DNA from: Pelomyxa schiedti
Lineage: Eukaryota > Protista > Evosea
Length of the DNA stretch: 52,962 bases
Assembly: GCA_020536535.1 (NCBI GenBank)
Contig: JAHLWZ010000903.1
Span: 1 to 52,962, forward strand
Direction of reading: 5' to 3'
This document shows positions 1 to 11,554 of the stretch, piece by piece (position 1 is the stretch's first letter; each line of letters opens with the position of its first letter). A program made the translations under genes and the position numbers. The notes under the pieces were generated by a model that had not been told where the DNA came from, ran no database searches, and saw only the letters and a program-made list of their open reading frames with translations.

Positions 1-390
1 TGAGACCTCAGAACACAGAAAATACAGAACATAGAGTACTTGTTGAAGGTGGGGAGGGTTCACAAATAGGGTTAACGACAGGGGAGATGCTCCGAACAAC
101 GTGGCTACGATTCCTCTTAGCATTATGTATTTTGCTTGAATCTTTACTACACAGCTGTAAAGTGTGTTAGCCTTGTTTTTTTTTTTGAATTGTTGCTTGT
201 TAAGAAAGAAAGGGAAAAAGAAGCACTGGATCCTACATACCATTCCACAGTCTTCACATTTCAATGTAGCTGGTCTCTTGGTACATATTTCGCACAAGTC
301 ATCGCGTGGGACATCCTTAGTTTCGGTCGCTTCGTTGCCCTTGTCTTCCTGCTTTTCTTTGCTTGCCGTGTCTCTTTCTTCGCCCTTCAT
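1..390 (-). CDS. B-box zinc-finger protein, 5' part (probably continues off the left end)
   Basis: Not in the ORF track. ATG at 390, exon 390-241, GT-AG intron 240-155, next exon from 154. The spliced product reads LCEICTKRPATLKCEDCGM|LCSKDSSKIHNAKRNRSH, a B-box Cys/His pattern. Confidence 0.75.
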   Translation of the reverse strand, partial: MKGEERDTASKEKQEDKGNEATETKDVPRDDLCEICTKRPATLKCEDCGMVCRIQCFFFPFFLNKQQFKKKNKANTLYSCVVKIQAKYIMLRGIVATLFGASPLSLTLFVNPPHLQQVLYVLYFLCSEVS

Positions 391-668
391 CAACCTTACG
401 GCCGCGCGAGGGTTCTTTGTTTCAATTCGTTGTGGTAATTAAAACTCGCGAATCAGATCCCGAAACCTCTTCGATTCCGATGAGTTCTTGCAGGTTTTCA
501 GTGTTGTTTCAGGATACAGGATTCGGCTGCTCAAGGGTTCAACTTGGCCTGCTGGCGGATTACAAGACCGTGAATCCATCAGTTTCACCTGGCCAAATCC
601 AGGTTATCGGTAGACGATGGGAAACGCGTCACGAAACAGGAGGTGGAGAGTGTTCTTAGCGGAGAGGA

Positions 669-1352
669 ATGCTTATAGGTGGTCTTGACGACCCTCCCGG
701 ACAGAGAGGCGCAAAGAAAGAGCACCTGTACCTCAGTTTACTGAAGCACATACCCCACCACAGCCGCGCCGGGAAGCTGCGGATGAAGCTCCTCAGAGCC
801 GCCGTGACCGGCGCCCACATGGAGGAGCTCCGCGCGGCCCTGGAGGACACCCCCATGTGCGCGAGGCTGGGGCACCTGGCTACCTCCGCGTGCAGCGAGT
901 CGCAGCGGCCTGCGCTGCTTGCCCCGCGGCCGACGCCCCTCGACGAGGCCCTCGAGCTGGGGCACGTGGAGTTCGCGAGCATGCTGACGAGCCCGAGGTG
1001 GGGAGGGGGCATTGTGGCGCAGCTGCAGAGGGACCCGCCGAAGTTGAGGCACAAGTGCCTGCTTGAAGCTCTCCGCAAAGGGGATGTATTATTGGCGAAG
1101 GTGCTTCTATCTGTTGGCGCTGATCCTAATCTTGCCGGGAAGCTTCCTCGAACCCTGAAGGATGGACTGGAGCTTCCAAAGGGTGTATTGACTCCTATGG
1201 TCATTGCTGTTGTGACAGAACAACGGAATTTGGTGGAAGAAATGGCACGGTATGGCGGTGTCTTACCTCCTGAGTTCTGTCAAATATGGGGCAAAGGGGA
1301 TCCTATGTTTTCCCTCGAAACTTATCTGGATGGTTTTTGCCCACAGCCCTAG
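669..1352 (+). CDS. Ankyrin-repeat protein (true start may lie upstream)
   Basis: Ankyrin-like units TPLDEALELGHVEFASMLT, LLEALRKGDVLLAKVLLSVGADPN and TPMVIAVVTEQRNLVEEMARYG. Confidence 0.7.
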   Translation: MLIGGLDDPPGQRGAKKEHLYLSLLKHIPHHSRAGKLRMKLLRAAVTGAHMEELRAALEDTPMCARLGHLATSACSESQRPALLAPRPTPLDEALELGHVEFASMLTSPRWGGGIVAQLQRDPPKLRHKCLLEALRKGDVLLAKVLLSVGADPNLAGKLPRTLKDGLELPKGVLTPMVIAVVTEQRNLVEEMARYGGVLPPEFCQIWGKGDPMFSLETYLDGFCPQP

Positions 1353-1719
1353 CCTCACATCCCCCAAACGCAACATGCCGGTGCCCCCGTGGCTGTGGAC
1401 CCCATCTCACAAGAACAAGAACCAGGAACAGGAACAGCTTGTGACTGTGCAGCCATCCAGCCAACAAGTAAATGCCAATATCGGGAAGAGGAAGAAGACG
1501 AAGATTGTTGCTGTTGAACGCCAGCACTAGAATAGAATGTATGCCCCCAAGATGGCGGAAGTAAAAGTGTGAATACCTTCGGCAGTAACGAGTGCCAACC
1601 ATGCTTTTTTCTTTGTTTTGAAAAAAAAAGTTCTAAAGGTTTTGGGAGCTGTTTCTCTAAAAAAAACATCGTTGCGTAGGAAATCAAAAAAAAAAAAAAA
1701 AACGTGAAGTCGTAGTAGC

Positions 1720-4397
1720 ATGGGAGGCGACGTGAAGAGGGTGACCGGAACTGCGACAGTGTCGAAGATGCTCGCCGTAGCATTTTTGTGGGTGGGGTGT
1801 TGTGCTGAAGCTACATACGAGGAGACCTATCGCCCTCAGTTTCACTTCACACCGCCTGAAAACTGGATGAACGACCCAAATGGCATGGTTTGACCTTTTT
1901 TTTAAAAAAAAATCATGCGGCGCTCTACACTCCTCCAACTGCGGTAAATAGTTTTATTACGATGGGTGGTACCACTTGTTTTATCAGTATTATCCGTATG
2001 GAAGCACTTGGGGGCCAATGCACTGGGGACATGCTCAGAGTGTTGATGCCATTCAGTGGGTTAATAAGCCCATCGCACTGTACCCTGATGCTATTGGGGA
2101 TATATTCTCTGGTAGTGCCGTGGTAGATATAGACGACACATCTGGTTTTGGGAAATCCGGTACTATTCCATTGGTGGCTGTCTTCACTTACAACGGCGAT
2201 GCTGGACAGAGTCAAGGTGTTGCTTACAGCAATGATGAAGGCAATACTTGGACTAAGTATGAGGGGAACCCTGCACTGCCAAATCCCGGTGATTATCCCG
2301 ACTTCAGGGATCCCAATGTAATGTGGCACGAGGAATCAAACCAATGGATTATGGTGCTGGCAGTGCATGACCGAGTGAGATTTTATGCTTCAGGCAATCT
2401 AAAAGAGTGGACCTACGTTGGTGAGTTTGGGGAATCCGACGGAGCACATGATGGTGTCTGGGAGTGCCCAGATTTATTCTCACTGAATCTTGATATGGGG
2501 GGTGGAGTATCCAAGAAGAAGTGGGTTCTTATTGCAAGCGTAGGAGGAGGTGCCCCAGCCGGGGGTACCGGCACACAGTACTTCATTGGCGATTTTGATG
2601 GAAGTACATTTACGAACGATAACTCACCTTCTGTGGTTCTATGGCTGGACTACGGGTGTGACAACTATGCTGGAGTAACCTGGAGCAATTCCAAGAGTGG
2701 GGAACAAATTTTTCTTGGCTGGATGTCAAACTGGGGTTATGCTTCAACACCACCAACGTCACCTTGGAGAAGTGGAATGACTCTACCACGTACCGTAACT
2801 TTGAAGTCACTCTCAGATGGTTCGATCGTACTTGCTCAGCAGTTCTCACAAGATATTGGCACATATAAGAGTCCCCTCATGACACTTTCGAATCAAGTAG
2901 CAGAAAACTCTTTACGGCTAAGTCTAACTTCGTATTCAGGTGATAAGTGAGGGTTCCAATTTGATTTCTGATGTTCATAGCATACAATTTGAGATAATTG
3001 CTCAATTCCAGGATGATAACTCCACTGCTAATGAATATGGGTTCAAAGTTAGAGTTGGGAGTGGATTGTACACCACTATTGGATATTCTCGGGGATCCAC
3101 AACTGTGTTCGTGGACCGCCGCCTTTCTGGAGATACAAGTTTTTACTCTGGTTTTGCAAATGTTGCCAGTGAGCTGCTTCTTCCAGAAGATGGACAAGTC
3201 GAAATGCATATCTACGTGGATTGGGCCAGCGTTGAGCTGATTGCCAATGGTTTCTTGTCAATATCAGAGCTTATATTTCCTTCCGTCGAGCAAGATGGTA
3301 TTGAATTGTATTGCCTTGGTGGCTCAGTGTCTCTCAACTCTTTGGAGATCTATGCTATCAACTCTTCTGCTCGACCAGATGTTCCGCTACCAAACTTCAT
3401 CAATCATGCTGGTGACTTCATCCCCCAAAGTGGAACCTGGGAAGAAAATACGGAGGGACTGTGTGGACAGAGTGGGTTAATAGGAGGGGATATATTTTCC
3501 ATAGGCACAAACTATTACTCCCAAGGGACATATTTGGGCATACTTCGTATTGGATTAGGTGGGGCAGCTGCTTTAGTGTTCAATGCTGCAAGTGACGCAT
3601 CAGCAGGCTGGGTTGTCAACATAGACTCTGGAGGGTTAATCAAGGTATGGAAGATTGGATCTGGTTCTATTGCTGAGTACCATACAACCATTATGACACA
3701 TTATGCATATCCAATGAAAGTTGTCTTCACCACAAGTACCGTCAACGTGTTTTTCAATAATGGAACCTCACCAGTAATCTCGCTTTCTCAGCCAACTTAC
3801 AGCTCTACGGGTGGCTACCTTGGTCTCAATGTTTTCAATGGGGAATCAGTGTTTCAAAATATCGATTTTTCTGAAAGCACTGATTTACCTGTTGCTGGGT
3901 GGAACACAAACCTCCGGTCTCCGTTTTCTCTTACCGGTGGTTATTGGAATATAACAACGTCAGGACTGCAAGGTACTGCAGAATCTTCTGCAGACGCCTT
4001 TTACTCCTCTTCTAGCCAGACAACAACTACATTCACGTATGAGTGTGACATGACAATAACAACTCAAGGTGGTGCCTCCGGACTCTTATTCCGTTCCACA
4101 GACCCAGTCAAAAGCGGTTACGTTATCAACATTGATGACTCTGCCGACTTGGTCAAGCTCTGGACGGTAGGCTACGGTGCCATAAAATCCCACTCCACCA
4201 CCATAAATACAAACCAGCAGTACCACCTCAAAGTTACAGCTGCCTCCTACACCATCCGGGTCTATTTAGACTACTCCGTACTTCCTGTGATAGAGCTCAC
4301 AGACTCGAGCCTGCCACAGTCAGGCTTTGCTGGCCTCAACGTCTTCAGTGGTACAGCTTCATTCCAGAACGTCTACTTTCACGGTTGTAACAACTAA
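1720..4397 (+). CDS. Secreted GH32 beta-fructofuranosidase/levanase (SacC-like) with GH32 C-domain and two tandem CBM66-like modules
   Basis: Exons 1720-1887, 1952-2896 and 2940-4397, joined by GT-AG introns in frame. Signal-peptide-like N-terminus. Catalytic motifs WMNDPNG, FRDP and WECPD, plus WGPMHWGHA. Two C-terminal repeats end GLNVF-x4-FQN. Confidence 0.95.
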
Positions 4398-4507
4398 GGC
4401 TCCACTTTGCACTCCTTTTATTGGTAAAACCAATAATAAAATTTGGCGGATACACAGCAAATAAACATTTGTTTTAGTTAGGTTCTTCTGGGTTCTGGGT
4501 GGTTTAT

Positions 4508-5248
4508 CTACACAAAGACAGTCAGGAATCCCTTCTTTATGTCCGCCCTGCACGTTGGGCATCTGGCGGGATTGGATTCCAGAATCCTCCTGGCGCATCT
4601 GCAGCATAAAACAGCATGCCCGCAGTCCACTATGGCAATTTTGACTTTGTTCTCTGCGCACACACAGCATGTCGGTGGCTCCGTCGATTTCTCATCTGGC
4701 ACTGTTTTCAGTTCAAATTGCAAAGGCCTTGGCGGTTCCGGGCGCGGCGGTGCTGTATGTACTTGGTGTACATAAGTGGTTTGGTGGTGATGTGACGCGG
4801 TGGGCATTTGCCAGCTGCACGAGGTGAAGCCGTGCGGAGTGAAGAACTGGTACGGCCCGTGCGATTGCTGTTGCGATTGTGGCTGTGATTGCGCTTGTGA
4901 CTGGAATTGGTAGCTCGTGGTGGGGATGCTAACTCCCTGAACCCTGCAGCCCATTCCGGTGACGTTGTTGCCGCCGGTCTGCACCACGCAGCCCATGCCG
5001 GAAACTTCGTTGCCGGTGCCGCTGATGACCTGGCATCCCATCCCGCTGACGTGGTTGTTGTCGCCCTGCACCACGCAGCCCATTCCAGACACGTCGTTTC
5101 TGTTGCCGCGAACGGTGCAGCCGGCGCCGCAAATGCGGTTGCGGTCGCCAACCACGAGGCAGTTGCACCCAGAGATGGAGTTCTCGTTGCCGTACACAGA
5201 AACACCGTTGTTTGCGACCAATGCGCCGTTGACTGTAAAGGCCGACAT
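4508..5248 (-). CDS. Beta-solenoid repeat protein with C-terminal C3HC4 RING finger (putative E3 ligase)
   Basis: Intronless 246-aa ORF. N-terminal 7-aa repeats GxxNxVx/GMGCxVx, a Q/H-rich linker, then the RING CCVC...DCGHAVLCCRC...CPTCR. Confidence 0.9.
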   Translation of the reverse strand: MSAFTVNGALVANNGVSVYGNENSISGCNCLVVGDRNRICGAGCTVRGNRNDVSGMGCVVQGDNNHVSGMGCQVISGTGNEVSGMGCVVQTGGNNVTGMGCRVQGVSIPTTSYQFQSQAQSQPQSQQQSHGPYQFFTPHGFTSCSWQMPTASHHHQTTYVHQVHTAPPRPEPPRPLQFELKTVPDEKSTEPPTCCVCAENKVKIAIVDCGHAVLCCRCARRILESNPARCPTCRADIKKGFLTVFV

Positions 5249-5473
5249 GGCTCTGTGCTTGGGGGTTTTTTTTTTTTTTATGTTTTAGTATTAATATCTA
5301 TTTGTGTCATACTTGGATCTGATTGGACCAAGTGCCTCAGCCCACCAAGGGGTTTTCTTTGTCTTTTTTTTTTATTCCTGCCATCCGTCTTTGGCATTAA
5401 TGCCCGGATGCAAGAAGAAAGGAATTTGTGATTGGTCAGATCTCACAACGCCAATAATTATAGGGTGCATAGG

Positions 5474-8337
5474 ATGTGGTGGAGAGACGTTGTTGTTGTA
5501 CTGTGTTGGCTGGGAGTTTGTGTTTTGGCGGTAGAGCGGATAGATGCACCGGAAAGTGAGTCCACTGTCCGGCGTGTATGTTCTGTGCAAACAATCCCGG
5601 CTGGAACTACGGAACAGCAGTGTGATTTTGTCAGGTTCTTTATTTCTGGAGATCCAGGCATTTATTTTTCATACCTGCATGTTTTGTAGGAACCACTGTG
5701 CGAGCCCCAGCCTGATAAATTATGTTGCCTTATGCTACTGCAATTTTGGCGTACCACAGCTCGCCCTGCTTATATTGGTTTGACACTTATATCTAGAGTG
5801 GAAGTTAATACTGCCGTAGGTTCCTCTAGCATTCACAGGCTTTTACCTTGTTCACATACTGTGCGAGGACCATTGGTGCGTATTGCTGTCAAGGTTGTTC
5901 GTAGATAGAGTACACATGTCTAGTTCCTTGCTGGCAACAATTCTGTCATGGGGCTGCAGGTAGGCCACTCTCAATGTATAAGGCTCAACACCGTTTAAGT
6001 ATACCATCCTTCCTTGTGGCTATGTCGGCTATTGAAGTTGGAGACTTCTCTCTTTCACTGGGTGCTCTTATCGGTTTCATCTTGATTACTTGCTGTATCT
6101 TCTGAATTATTATGCTCAGGGACAGCTTTGTTCTCTGTTTGTTGTCTCACAAGTGCAGTGGTACTGGTATCAAAGCCGAAGCAGCAATATTTACTTGTTG
6201 GGTATTTTCACCATTCTTCCACCTGTTGCTCATGTGCCCTCAGTGCAATGCTATTTCAAATTGTTGTGATAGTATCAATTCTGCTACTGCTTTGGTTTGA
6301 TTACCTGGATGTATTTATCGGATGTCTCATGGTGGTGACATACTTCATGTAGGTGAACTCAACACCTTTTAATTTTGTAAGGATCAGTAGATTTTTGGCA
6401 GTCCTCCTCGTGGTGTCTGTTATCAAACTTCATCTCAAAAGGCAAGGTAGTATTGCGGAGTGCAGTACAATCAAGCCTCAACATGCTCCGGATGTGGTTG
6501 CAGTATCTGTTGAACAGCCACCAACATGGAACCCCGAAGCGCAAGTTGCACAAGGTGCGTGTTACATCACCTTGGCCAATGTAATTATCAATAGTGGAAG
6601 AGTTACGTGAAACCCAAGTTATTGGGCAATCATCACCAATACCTATTCCCTCGTCATCATCTTCTCATACATCAGACACACCCCCACTCCCTCCAGGCCA
6701 GACCCCTGATTCCTCTCTTTCCCTTAGTCCATCAGTCTGCAACAGCACACAAAGTCAATCTCAAAATACTAGTCTCTGTGATGACAATTCATTCCATGTG
6801 CGTAGCAGTATTTGATAACCTCCTCACTTTGGTCTTTCTGTGTAGTTGCCCGAAGAGCACGTTCTCCTACTGAACGCCAATCCTAATCTTAGAGAGTCAG
6901 GTCCCCAGCAAAATGAGGGGTTCCGTCAAACCTTTTTATAAGGCCTCACTAAAAAAGGAAAAGAAGTCAAAAACAGACCGAAAGAAATTCAGTGGGCACA
7001 CGGGAGATAGCAGATTCATGTAGAATACAAAATGTCACCTTCTTTGTATCACTGAAGAACAGGTATCGCACCCAACAGTCCTATCACTAATATATTCAGT
7101 AAACAGTTCCTGATAAGGCGGGGTCTATTTTCTCTGCCCGATGGACAGAGACAGTTTCCGTTAGGGAGTATTATTGGTAACTTAAGTGAATTAAGAGCTT
7201 CGAGCTGTAATTATGAAGGCAACACAGTGCAAATTCGAAATTCTCTAGGTGCTGTGGTAGAGCGGTATGCCAATAGGTGTCCTGGGGCAGGAAAATATTA
7301 AGACGCTAATTAGGTTCAAAGAGTATACAAACTGGTGCGAAAAGAGTACTGTTGCACGTGCATTGTATTTATTATATTCGCCATTTGTGCTACTCTTTCA
7401 CATTACCGTACCTCACACTGAAGACCCAGCTTGGAACAGGTAAAGCACCTATTTTTCCTCACCTGTAACCTGCGAAGATTTGTGTTCGCTATTTCCGCTG
7501 CACTTTCCCCCATAGTTGTCCTCCTTGCGTTTCGTCGTAAGTTGTCTGGTAATATTTCCTGCCATTAACCTACATGGAAGAAATTGATGCCGTACTGGGT
7601 CGTGGAGTTCCACTTGTAGCCATAGTGTTCCTTTGTGGATTGATAGTCACATTCCTAGGTGTCATTTTTACACTGAAAGACTCTGTGCTGTGTTCCATCA
7701 CCAAGACAGTAAATACTTTACATTTGAGTCTAACCTAACAGCATGCAGATATTCCAATTTTGGGGAATAATTATCAGTCTTTGTTGGTTGTACATCATTT
7801 CAAGAGAATTGGTGGCAGTAACAGAGGCAGTCTGCGCGATTGTCAATATATCGAATACAGCTGTTGCACTTATTGTTGTTGCTGCTGGGAATAGTGCTGA
7901 TGGTAATAGAGATGTGCCTATCACTTAGCCCGACTTTACCACAGGCTTCTTGACATTAACATGTCTATCCTACCATGGATACACCAATGTTGCATTGACA
8001 ACAATTTACAGTTCAGGATTCATAAGTAAGCATTTCCCTTTCCGGCTAATTGGGTCCTAACAGTGTCCTTTCAGATCTACTTGCCGGGGTAGGTGCGTGC
8101 GCCATTGGCATCGGGGCTTCAGCTTTGTTCCCGTCTGGGATCATCCTCGTCTTTGACGACGAAATGACGCTGGCGCTTATTGTTCACGTAGCTGCGCTCG
8201 GTGCAGCTTGCATCTTCGTTATGCTGATTGGGAGGAGCTACGCTGGTTGCTGCCAAAGGATGCTACCGGTTGTGTTACTGTCACTCTACAGCCTGTTCGT
8301 CTTTGTCGTTGTCACAATAGACTTGGCCTACTACTGA
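5474..8337 (+). CDS. Cation/Ca2+ exchanger (CCX/NCLX-like, Na_Ca_ex family), multi-exon
   Basis: Signal peptide MWWRDVVVVLCWLGVC. CCX-type N-terminus QCDFVR|NHC..INYVALCYCNF. Alpha-1-like LATILSWGCSIPS...GALIGTALF, a hydrophilic loop, then alpha-2-like WLYIISRELV..VAAGNSAD...NLLAGVG and a terminal TM helix. Internal exons were only partly resolved. Confidence 0.8.
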
Positions 8338-8628
8338 AAAACAAACCCACGAACTCGCGTGTATCAGAACCTTTGTTTCACTAAAAATCAGTTCTGCAAA
8401 AACAAAGAAAATGTTGAGGAACATCAACACGCCAGCGGCGACAGCGGGTACTACAAAAGACAACAGTCGACAACACAAAAACATCCTTATTGTCCCTCAT
8501 TTTGCGTTTCTCGCGACGACGCCGCGCCGCACGCCTCGATGCTCGTGTGCTTGTGAAATCGTTTTCTCCCACGTGTGTTAACAGCTTTGGTCTCTGGGAC
8601 GCAGCAACTCAGCGGCGGCCCCAACACG

Positions 8629-10019
8629 ATGCCACCGATGACTTATGGGATGCCTGCTCTCGTGAGGCGGAGTGACGGCAGTGTGGATGTGCCTTCGTTT
8701 CAAGGAACGGCTTCATACTCGGATTTCGTTCGCTTGCAGCAACATGTATATTATTCTATTCTGTTTCCTGAGTGGCTTTTCATTTTTTTTTTTCTTTGTT
8801 CAACCTTTTGTTACTCTGTTTGAATTGGAAACTTACACACAGTAGCATGTGCAACAGCAGTTGCAGCAACGGCTGATGTCTGAAGCTCCACCTTCAACTG
8901 AATACCTCCTAGAGTGCGATGCCATGCAAAACGAGACAAATGACACTCCAACAGAGATGGCTTCTCTTGAAACGCCAATTCCAGCAACAAACCTTGGTTA
9001 TAAGCTGCTGCAGAAAATGGGATGGAGCGGTTCTGGTCTGGGTAGAGATGCAACAGGTACACAAAAATGCACGAAAAACCTCCCTTGGTATTCCAAGTCA
9101 CACCCTACAGGACGTACAGAGCCAGTTCCTGTGTACATTCACATTGGCCAAACGGGGCTGGGAAAGATTGAGGAGGATGACGAACACACAGAAGCCTCTA
9201 AAATACACAGACCACTACACGCCTCTGAAATTGAATTGACTGATCAACAAAAGCACACCATTGAGGTTCAATTATGTTATCCTCTCGGTTTTATGTTCTA
9301 AGTGTTTGTAGAAAAAAATTGTAATAGAAGAAGCCAGGGAGAAAGAAGTACAGGACATTACTAGAGTTTTCTATTGTGAATTGTGTAACAAACAGTACAA
9401 AAAAATATCGGAATTTGAGTCGCATTTGAGTTCCTATGACCACAATCACAAAAAGGTAAAAAAGTTGTACTCGACTACTAACTGAACAAAACCAAAACCA
9501 GAGATTTAAGGATATGCAACAAATGGATCGATTAAGCCGAGATGCAAGATCGAAAAAGCAACAGAACAAAGAAATGAAGCGGTTGATGCAAGAGGCTGAA
9601 GCAAGAGCGTAATTCCCCACTTAACCTATGACATAAGGAAATAACTCTTTTTTGCCTTCCTTAGTAAGGCAACATCAATGCGTGCACCTCCTGCAATCCC
9701 GCCAGCACCTGTTTTGTACAAGGCTCTACCATCCGCTCCAGAGTCAGTAGCACCAGTTTCACCTCCCATACTACCACCCAGTACAGGGTTCACAGAAATT
9801 CAGTGTCAGCCACCCAGCTCCCCCATACAAGGCGTGCTGGCCCCCACAGCGCCACAATCAACCACCAACTACAGCCCCCAACAACTTAATCCTGATAACA
9901 TCAGCAACCAAACTACAACAACCGCAACTCGATTCAGCATGGTTGTACAAGGACCGGCTGCGAAGAAACCAAGAATCGCTGTGACTGGTGGATTTACAAT
10001 AGGCACAACCTATGACTAA
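8629..10019 (+). CDS. G-patch + C2H2 zinc-finger protein (GPATCH8-like N-terminal module)
   Basis: G-patch NLGYKLLQKMGWSGSGLGRDATG|RTEPV..GLG. Zinc finger FYCELCNKQYKKISEFESHLSSYDHNHKK|RFKDM at ~9370-9520. Pro-rich tail. Start position uncertain. Confidence 0.88.
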
Positions 10020-10404
10020 TTAACTGCTTGTGTTAAAGTAATAGAAACACCAAGTATTCACATGGTATTTCTTTTTGTGTAATTAAGGGGCCAGAAGAGC
10101 AGGCAGTGTAGGAGGAATCAAAAATAGAATTCGCGATGAACGATGGTGATTCCTCCTACTCCTCCTGTTCCTCTTCATCCCCAATTGCACCTATCCTATT
10201 CAGGACCTTCCAAGGTCCTAAACACCAGTGATGTACGGAGGGGACAGATCAGCAATTCTAGATTTTCCACTGGGGAAAAGGCCTTTGAAGCTTACTCACC
10301 ACCTTTGAAGGTGCTTTTTCGTAATGACGAAAGAAAAAAAAAGAAGCTCGCACAGTATACTGAGAAAATAATTGTTTTTGTGTGCACACCCGTCGCCTAG
10401 TGAA

Positions 10405-11403
10405 ATGGCTGCGTACAGCGTCGTTTCGTTTTATGATCAAACAGCACCTTGGTACGACCGGCTTTATCAGGACTGGGGCGCGTCAGTTGGGCGCCAGAGC
10501 TCCCTCATTGCCGAAATCGGGGTCTCACGCTCCTGGCTGAGAAGGGCCACTCCCGACATAGCGCAGCCTTATGGGAGGGGCCGGATTCTCGACGTGGCTT
10601 GCGGGATCGGCACGCAGTCCATTGGCCTCATGGCCCTCGGATTCAACGTGAGAGGGTCCGACATCAGCCCAGTTGCTGTCCAGAGGGCATTCTCAGAGTC
10701 TCAGAGGCTGAATCTGAACCCGTTGGTGGCCACTGACGGCGGGCCTTCCGAGCAATGGTGCCTGGTTGCAGATATGAGGAACGCGTTTTCGTCCCACCGT
10801 GGTGGCTACGACCTGGTCATTGCTTATGACAACTGCCTGCCCCACCTCTCTGAGGAGGATATCCTGGTTTCGCTGAAGCAGATGTACATGTGTGCCAGGC
10901 CTGGGGGTGGCTGCCTGGTTTCTGTCAGAGATTACATTCAACTACTAACACAGGCTGCATGCGCACCAACGCCGGCGTTGAAGGTTCTGGGCTTCAGCGA
11001 GAAGGGCATCCCCATATTTCAGGAGCCTCTGAAACCTGAGATGCATCCATATGGAGTGAGATGCATTCGAGATAAGGAGTGCGTTCTATACCAAGTGTGG
11101 CGGTTTGAGTGCCAAAAAGTGGGTTCTGGATGGCTGCCATTGAGTTACGAAGTAAACCTGATCACAACTGAACTTGCTCCGGTCGGGAGCGCTTCAGTAT
11201 CCCAGAGCTTGAATACTACCCTGTTGTGCACCCGATATAACATAATCTCTACTGATAGGTACTCGTTTTTTTTTTCCCCTGTGTAGTGTGTGCTTAACAC
11301 TTATTTTAGGATTATGGAGCTGATGAGGGCGGCTGGATTCATTGATGTTGAGAGGATCGACGACCCCAGGGCACACCAACCAATCATCATTGGAACAAGG
11401 TAA
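10405..11403 (+). CDS. Class I SAM-dependent methyltransferase (bacterial-like)
   Basis: Motif I ILDVACGIG, then GSDIS, ADMR, DNCLPHL and RPGGGCLVSVRDY. One intron (11259-11309) gives the C-terminus RIMELMRAAGFIDVERIDDPRAHQPIIIGTR*. Confidence 0.9.
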
Positions 11404-11554
11404 CACCCAAACCAATCCATGTTTCCACTAAATTTGAAAACCAAGGCCCGACGAATGAGCACGCGAAATGCTCTTAGTGTGAAAAAACAATGTCTAGTCA
11501 AAACAAAATTTTTGAAATTACAAAATGAGTTGTACAGATAACATGTTGCTCACA

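Noticed and set aside
2897-2950. Apparent frameshift or two overlapping ORFs in the GH32 gene
   Set aside because: A 43-nt GT-AG intron (2897-2939) joins them in frame, so this is neither a pseudogene nor a programmed frameshift.
10202-10219. Small hairpin AGGACCTT-CC-AAGGTCCT in an intergenic gap
   Set aside because: Arms of 8 bp can occur by chance in 53 kb, and I saw no convincing snoRNA or tRNA context.
1720-11403. Bacterial contamination or a prokaryotic island
   Set aside because: The bacterial-like genes contain spliceosomal introns and are interleaved with clearly eukaryotic genes.
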